This document shows positions 56,380 through 64,000 of a stretch of 64,000 bases of DNA, one piece after another. Below the pieces are notes generated by a model that made no database searches, was not told the DNA's origin, and saw nothing but the letters and a program-made list of their open reading frames with translations. Within the stretch, counting starts at the first letter, position 1, and each line of letters opens with the position of its first letter. Position numbers and translations under genes: made by a program. The stretch is taken from the NCBI RefSeq assembly GCF_006345805.1, contig NC_042997.1, forward strand, positions 35,526,001 through 35,590,000. Reading direction: 5' to 3'. This DNA is from Octopus sinensis (taxonomy: Eukaryota).

Positions 56380-58770
56380 AAACTTAATTCCCGACGTATA
56401 AAAACCAAACCAGCCAATCCCACTCCATGGCACCCATTTGACAACATAAATTTCCACAAAGCGGACTGGGGAACAATCAGAAAGGATCTGTCTTCCAACG
56501 ACTGGTCTTTTACTCTCAATTCCCCTCATATTGAGACCGCGTGGCAGCACTTTGAAACCATTGTCACCGACACATGCTCTAAACACGCTCCCAGAAATCT
56601 ACTAACACAAACAGAAACCGGCTCCCTAAAAAGAAAAAAACACTCATCAGGCGCATCAAAAGACTCAACAAAAAAATCAACCAATTAAAATATTCCCACA
56701 CGCACATCCACATTCAACAACAATGAAAAGACTAGAGCTGGAAAAACTTCATCTGCAGACTAACATGAAAACCTCCATTGAAAATCAAAGAGCTGTGGAG
56801 GAACAATGGGTAATCAAAAACATCAAACAGAACCCAAAAGTGTTCTATTCTTATGCAAATAAGCATAGAACCACTGTCTCACCTATTGGGCCATTGATTG
56901 ATGAAAACGGCATTCCCCAACACGATGCTAAAGAAATGGCAGAAATACTGCAGAAACAATATTGCTCTGTCTTCAGTGTTCCCACTGATATTGATGTGAG
57001 GGAAACGAACGAAGCTGACTCCCAACACAAAATCGCAGACATAACCTTCACTGCCACCGACATCGTAGCAGCAATAAATGAGGTCAAACATTACTCCGCT
57101 GTAGGCCCTGATAGATTTCCCGCCAGTCTCCTGAAGGAATGTAGATATCAACTTGCAGTCCCTCTGACCAACCTCTGGAGAAACTCGTTAGACGCAGGTT
57201 ATATACCGCAAAAGTTTCTATCCCAGTCGGTCATCCCGGTTTTCAAACAGGGAAACAGATCCCTCGCAGTCAACTATCGCCCAATCTCACTCACCTCCCA
57301 CATCATTAAAGTGTTTGAAAGAGTGTTAAGATAAAGGATAGCTGACTTCCTGGAGACCCACAAACTCCTAAATTCAAATCAACATGGCTTTCGCTGTGGC
57401 AGGGACTGTCTAACACAGCTCTTACACCACATTGAAGATGTACTCAAAGCCTTGGGAACAGGTTCGAACTCTGACGTCATATACCTTGACTTCAGTAAAG
57501 CGTTCGACAGGGTAGACCATAACATCCTACTCTCAAAATTGGCAAATGTTGGAATCCGTGGAAAAGTTCTACACTGGATTCAGTATTTCCTAGCGAATAG
57601 AACACAACATGTTTAGTTGATGGAGTCCACTCAAACCCAGCAAAAGTCACCAGCGGTGTTCCAGGGAACTGTTTTGGGTCCGCTACTCTTCATAATTTAT
57701 GTAATCGACCTTTCCAGTGTCGTACATCACTGCAAAGTGAAAATATTCGCTGATGACACTAAGCTCCAGCAAATCGTCAATGAAGAAGCAGACCGAACTC
57801 AACTCCAGTCTGACCTATATGCTGTGAGTCAATGGGCAGACAGAAACAAAATGCAACTGAATGAGGGAAAATTTGAGCTGATGCATTTTGGAAGAAATTC
57901 CTCACTAAAACAACCATACTCTCTTCCTTCAGGGGAACCGCTCACAGCCTCAAACAATATCAGAAACCTGGGTGTAATTGTTGATGACGATCTCAGTTGG
58001 AGTGCACACATCAACAAGAAGGTCGATACAGCTCGTAGGATGAGTTCCTGGATCTTAAGAACTTTCCGGTCCAGAGAACAAGGTGTCATCATACCACTTT
58101 TTTCATCCTTTGTACGGCCACACCTTGAATACTGCTGCCCACTGTGGTCTCCTCACACAAGACAAAACATCTCCAGAATTGAGTCACCCCAGAGGGCTCT
58201 CACTAAACAAATTGAAGGCATGCCTGCTCTCGACTATTGGGATCGCCTTAAAGCCTTGAAACTTTACTACCTCCAGCGTCGCCGTGAGCGGTACATCATT
58301 TGTACGATGTGGAAAATATACCGCCAACTTTGCCCAAACGACCTAAACATTAGCTTCAAGGTTCATCCGAGACTTGGACCACGGGCTATACGTCCCCTGC
58401 CAAATTCAAGATCACAACATACATGTACACTGCAACATAATTTCTTTTCCTCAACAGGCCCTGCCCTATTTAACATTGTCCCGAGGGAGATCAAAGAGGA
58501 AAAGGATCCCATCAACTTCAAACAGAGTCTGGATAGATTCCTTCAAAGAATACCAGACAAGCCACCCATAATTGGATACAACTCACCCAACAAGAACTCA
58601 CTACTTGAACAAAACTGGATACAACTCACCCAACAAGAACTCACTACTTGAACAAAACTTGACTTAAACAGGATTCGAATAATCCTATCAGGTGGTGCTA
58701 TTAAGTTAGACATGGCCTGGACCAATCTCTGGTCGAAACATATCTAAGTTTTATCTAAGTTTTAAGTTTT
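56380..58770 (+). mobile_element. 5'-truncated CR1-clade LINE, relatively young; ORF2 RT with few lesions
   Basis: ORFs 56723-57334 and 57617-58651 plus the intervening frame: NYRPISLTS, QHGFR, IYLDFSKAFDRVDH, QGTVLGPLLF, IFADDTKL, RPHLEYC, YWDRLKALKL. Stop at 57332 and frameshifts near 57615/57660. 3' stem-loop and (TTTTATCTAAG)-like tail. Inserted in (TA)n. Confidence 0.92.
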
Positions 58771-58797
58771 ATATATATATATATGTATATATATATG

Positions 58798-58828
<31 letters not shown>

Positions 58829-58842
58829 GTATATATATAATG

Positions 58843-58874
<32 letters not shown>

Positions 58875-58928
58875 TAAGGCTAAAATAATTTTATCATGAA
58901 CATTTTAGTACAGGTTTCAATATATGCG

Positions 58929-59236
58929 TTAGTCTAAGGATCTAGTGGTAGTGGGATTTGTGGTGGATGCATTCAAAAGGGCTTTATATTTTGTGATGAA
59001 TGACATTTTACTAATGCGCTGACTACAGGTTGTATTGTCCTGATTTGATAGAGGGGAACATTCTGAAGCTGGGTTGTTTTTATTGGCGCAACTATCGATG
59101 TGTTCGGTGAATACTATTTTTCTGTATTCCCGAATTTTAATTTGGGATCTATGTTGAGCCATCCTTTGACGAAGACTGTTTTTGGTTTCGCCTATGTATT
59201 GCTCTCGACACGCAAAGCAGGTTAATACGTATATTA
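58929..59236 (-). mobile_element. Penelope-like GIY-YIG fragment
   Basis: Minus translation IIYVLTCFACREQYIGETKNSLRQRMAQHRSQIK...EHIDSCA. Confidence 0.85.
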
Positions 59237-59731
59237 TACAACATCTAGGTCATATATATATGATGGAGTGTTATGTGTGTGTCTGTATATATGTACATAT
59301 ACGTATAAATGTATACGTGTATATTGTGTACGCTTGTATCCCAGCGTCGCTTGAGACCCCGTGTTCGTGTTTTTACGTCTCTGTGTCTTTCGTTTCAATA
59401 AAGGTGACCGATAGATTCCTAAGAACCAGGCTCGATTGGTTCCACTAAAATATTTCATGGTACCTCCAACATGGCCGCAGTCTAAGGACTGAAACAAGTA
59501 CACGAGAAAAGAAAGAATATTGATGTACTCTTATGGAAAAGAGATTCATTCACCAATGATATTTACATACAGCAGTGATAATTGTTCATTTATTTATTAT
59601 GTGCAAAGTACTTATTCAGCAGGTTAGAATTTTCTGGTTTGACACTTTTTATTGCAGCGAAAGAAATAACTGAAACACCTTCATAATTAATATCGTTGTT
59701 GTTATTGTTGGTATCGTCGTCGTCGCCGTCG

Positions 59732-59766
<35 letters not shown>

Positions 59767-59969
59767 TATTGTTATTATTATTATTAATATTTTTATTATT
59801 GCTGTCGTCATAAATTTTGTTTTTGTTACTGTTGTTGTTGTTGTTTTGTATATCACGAAATGTTTGTAGCAGTTAAATATTTAAGACTGGTACATCGGCT
59901 ATTATTCCGAAGTGGTTTTGATAATTCTTTTAATCAAATACAAGAAAGTTAAGTTACGTGGACATACCA

Positions 59970-61150
59970 CAGGTATGCACATGCATCGGCCCTGTGAAAT
60001 ATAATTCAAGTTCCAATAAATGTCGACTCTTGAAAGAAAAGAATGACATGTAGTGTTATAAATGTTAAATCTGCAGAATGAATTCCCGGAAAATATATTC
60101 AGAACGTCACAACTACGAACTTTAGACAGTATTTATGAAGTATATACTGTTATGAACTTGACATTTTATCGCCATACACCATTACATCAATTGATATATG
60201 TCGCGAACACGCGGAAACTCATGTATATAAGTATATCTATTAATCTAGCAAGTCTATGCCTAACGGAATTCAGTGAGGTCTGCAGTACTATGTCAGAAAT
60301 TGAAAGATGATTAGTGAAATTAAAACTCTACTATTATATTAACATATAAGAAAATTATTTTGTTACATGTTGATATAGTGAGAATGTGAATCAGACTGCA
60401 ATACAATCTGATGAGTCCTCATTATGAATACAATTTCAATCAAAATGTATTATATGCCTCTGAATAAACATTCCATAATTTTATATATTTTTTATAGGAA
60501 TGCAAATATCTACATAAAAAAGTATTGACAAAGAAAACCAACAAGTTTTCATAGTAATTACAGTTGTTGAGACTAAGAACAAAACACTTGAAACATCACT
60601 GAATTCGAAGAAGACATTTTTGCAGAAGCAAAATTGGAAAATATGCTATGTTTTCAACTGAAAATTATATTTACAGGTAAACATATTCCGTGAGGGGTTT
60701 CAGAATTATTTTACAAATGGAGTAGGATTTTGATTTAGCATTTCATGAACGTTGCATGCAGAATGTTTAAACGAAGAATTCAAATTGCATTATAGTAGTG
60801 AGAACATGAATTATAGGCGCATTGGGAGAAATGTTACAAGTCGTAATGCGGAATTATTAATGTAATACAACTTGAAATATTATTTAAGCGCTGCAGAATG
60901 TTCCGCGAGGGAAATGACGAGGTATTTGCGAAGAACATGTGATATTCATAGAACATTAAAAATTAAATATATTTAGAAATACACTAACGTTTTGTAAGAT
61001 GATAGTATGAAAAACAACGACTTCTATGAAGAATATAGTATGTTAATGAATTTAGAAATATTGTGTTTGCTTTTGTATACGTGTAAAATCGTGTGTATGC
61101 TAGTATGCGTTTCTTTGCCATCGAATTAATATGTGCAGAATTGTCATAGA
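59970..61150 (+). pseudogene. Possible very decayed C2H2 zinc-finger array
   Basis: Recurrent CxxC-like remnants: PCEI* ~59990, YKC*ICRM ~60057, DICRE ~60193, SEVCS ~60272, HFCR ~60615, KRCRM ~60886, CDIHR ~60938, NMCR ~61128. Spacing is irregular. Confidence 0.3.
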
Positions 61151-63162
61151 TTAATGTTATACGACATAGTGGGCGTCAATTGTTTCAGATCTCGCCATGA
61201 TTTACTAATTGTGGACTCCTATATGAAAGCACTTCACAAAGAATCTATTAGAAATTTTAAAAAAATTACCCTATCAGCCGTTCCAATTAGATGGATATTT
61301 CTAATTGTCAATATATATTTGAATGTTGTACTTGCGTGGTCGAGCATGATTCTAAACAAAGTAAATTCACACATCCTTGCATATCTACAGCTATCAACTC
61401 TTCAAATCCAATTCCTTCCTCTACGTCAGTGCAATAGGCTTCTACGAGAAATAATTCTACTTCTTATGCCATGCAGTAATCTGAAGCACCCGCGGAAAAT
61501 TTCTATTAACACTAAAACAGTTTTGGACACGATACCCATTTCTTACACATACACAGCATACTTATATACATATATGTGGGTATATCGTACACACACCATC
61601 ATACATACATATATGAATGCAAACATGCACAGATACATATAGACATCCATACGTATTTATGCTGAGTATGTTATGTATCAATGTGATATGTGACATTGCA
61701 TATTATAATTGCTTATAGAAAATGTGTCTTAAGTTCACGCAATATTGAAATGTTTGTCTAATATATAATTATTCAACGTAATTGTTGAAAGGTGACATTA
61801 ATATTTTTTAGCATTGTTGATCATATAATTTTCCGAAAGCACTAAGTTCTATTGTATTTAGCGATCGAAGAAAATAGATTAATTTGCCCTTATATAGTTT
61901 CTTCAAATGTTATTGGAATACAAAAAATTTGTATTAGAAATCTCTTGTATCACTCATCATATTTTTCTGAGGAAAACATGATGAGTAAAATTATAGTAAA
62001 ATATATCTAGAAAAAATTATAATGCAATATATTAAGCAAACACGCATTATTGTAATATCTTAAAATTCCGAAAGAATTACAGTTTTCAAACAGAATTGAA
62101 ATAATGAAAATGTTGATGCAGATATGAAACGAAAGACAACAAAAATTTCTTTACAATGTTACTGTATAAAGACAAAGAGAAACAGAAACCACATGGCTGT
62201 TAAGATAGCAATTCCTTCGTGCATTGTGTTTGGGAGAAACGTAAATATTCCTTTAATTAAAGGCATGATCAACAATAAAGTCAGAAAACAGAAACACAAG
62301 CACATGATTTAATTAGGAATTGTTACACACGCACACACACACACACATATACATGTATACATATGTATATAGATACATGCATAATATATATAATATACAT
62401 ACATGCATGTCTAAGTTTTCCCATATTGTTATGAGTATGTTATGTTTGTGATTTTGCGTGCTTGTTTATATATATTTATTTATAAAAATCATGCACATTT
62501 ACGTTTTCAGTGCTATACATTATGAGAAACTTTATTTTATGCATATTTTTAAATAAACACAATAAAAATAAAACTGGCTATCATGAAAATATTACAATAA
62601 AACTAACAGAAAATTGGCATTTGGAATATTATATTTTCATGGTGAATATAGCTTATAAGAGAAAACACAGAACACAGAGCTGTTAGGAATCCCCTTAAGA
62701 ACATTAAAACAAAAGACGTATAAAGATTAAAGCATGAAAATAATCTATTTGCTAAGTAGATAAAACAATTATTTCAATCTTTTGTACCGTCCTTAATAAT
62801 ATTTTCTCCCACAAATCAAGGTTATATGAGAAACGAAACCTTCAAGTCTATATTACATACCCAATTTCCGTCTTGATCAATCTATCATTTTTTCTGTCTC
62901 TTTCTCTCCATATGCTCTCTCTCTCTCTCTCTCTCTCTGTGTCTTCGACCTGATCTCTCCGTCACTCTCACACACATATAAACACATATTGACATTCTGT
63001 AAGCAATTTTACTTGTCTCTCTTTCCAAGGTATTCACCTTACCTTCGTTCGATGTTCTGCCCCAATATTATATTTCAAATCTCACAATTATGCGCATTGG
63101 ATTAATAGGTTTTATAACAAATAAAAGGCCAAAGATAAAAAAGAAAAAGATAAGATTGCGTG

Positions 63163-63215
<53 letters not shown>

Positions 63216-63438
63216 ATATATATATATGTATATATATATACATATATATATGTGTGTATATATGTATATATATATATATACATAAATGTATATATATACA
63301 CATATATATATATATACACACATGTATATATATATATATAAATATATATGTATATATATATACACATACACACACACACACATATATATAAATATACTTA
63401 CATGCATATATATATATAATAAGTATTTATGCATTTAG

Positions 63439-63491
<53 letters not shown>

Positions 63492-63633
63492 ATATATATA
63501 TAAACGCACACACGTATACACCCACATGTTGTACAGTTCCCGTAGTACAGTTTTGTTGAAGTATTTGAATGCAAATGTATGTACATTCATCTATAAATAT
63601 ACACACAAACATAAATATATGTATTGGTGTATA

Positions 63634-63679
<46 letters not shown>

Positions 63680-64000
63680 ATGTATGTGTGTGTGTGAGTG
63701 TGTATAAGCAAGCATGCATTAGGCATAAGTATAAAAATACAAACATATAACAGCATATAGATGTGTGTATTTGCTTGTATTTGTGTGTAAGAATACGTAT
63801 TAGACATTGACTGAAGAGGAACTGGAAGAGGAATGAGTAGAATGAAACATCCGCAAGAGTAATGGGAAGAAGCAATGAATATATAAGTAGGAAAATGGGG
63901 GAATTGCGAAAAAGTATGAAAGAACATCAATAAAACATGAATAATATTATGAGTAATAGTTGATTCATTGGTAAATTATCATCATTATCGTAGATACATA

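Noticed and set aside
56723-58651. Long ORFs as a host gene or active retrotransposon
   Set aside because: CR1 ORF2 is 5'-truncated (no endonuclease) and has a stop and frameshifts; a non-functional copy.
58706-58748. Stem-loop followed by GAAAC at the CR1 3' end resembling half a hammerhead
   Set aside because: No CUGANGA-like core upstream; treated as a LINE 3' stem-loop.
60408-60420. CTGATGAGTCC hammerhead-like start
   Set aside because: No matching GGAC-GAAA or stem I partner downstream.
61133-61642. 169-aa non-repetitive ORF
   Set aside because: Non-ATG start, no recognisable domain, and it runs into low-complexity sequence.

Overview
AT-rich, microsatellite-dense eukaryotic DNA whose repeat content (tRNA-derived SINEs, Penelope-like, CR1, R4/Dong, I and Tx1 LINE relics, mariner, Helitron) suggests a coleoid cephalopod, probably Octopus (inference, not verified). 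I find no intact protein-coding gene; most ORFs in the track are (TA)n/(CA)n/(AAT)n artefacts. Two less obvious layers were read by eye. (1) Five type I hammerhead-ribozyme motifs of four unrelated sequence families lie in short microsatellite-flanked elements. One family has a compensated U3-A8 core and sits in a 355-nt tandem plus inverted repeat that resembles a retrozyme or Penelope pseudo-LTR. (2) There is a set of heavily decayed host genes: a multi-MAM-domain gene (about 8-9 domains, minus strand, 23.3-30.1 kb), a Cys-loop/nAChR-like receptor, a rhodopsin-class GPCR, TRIM-like RING/B-box/coiled-coil copies and a possible C2H2 array. The pseudogene calls rest on manual translation across stops and frameshifts and need HMM or tBLASTn confirmation. 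Element boundaries are approximate.
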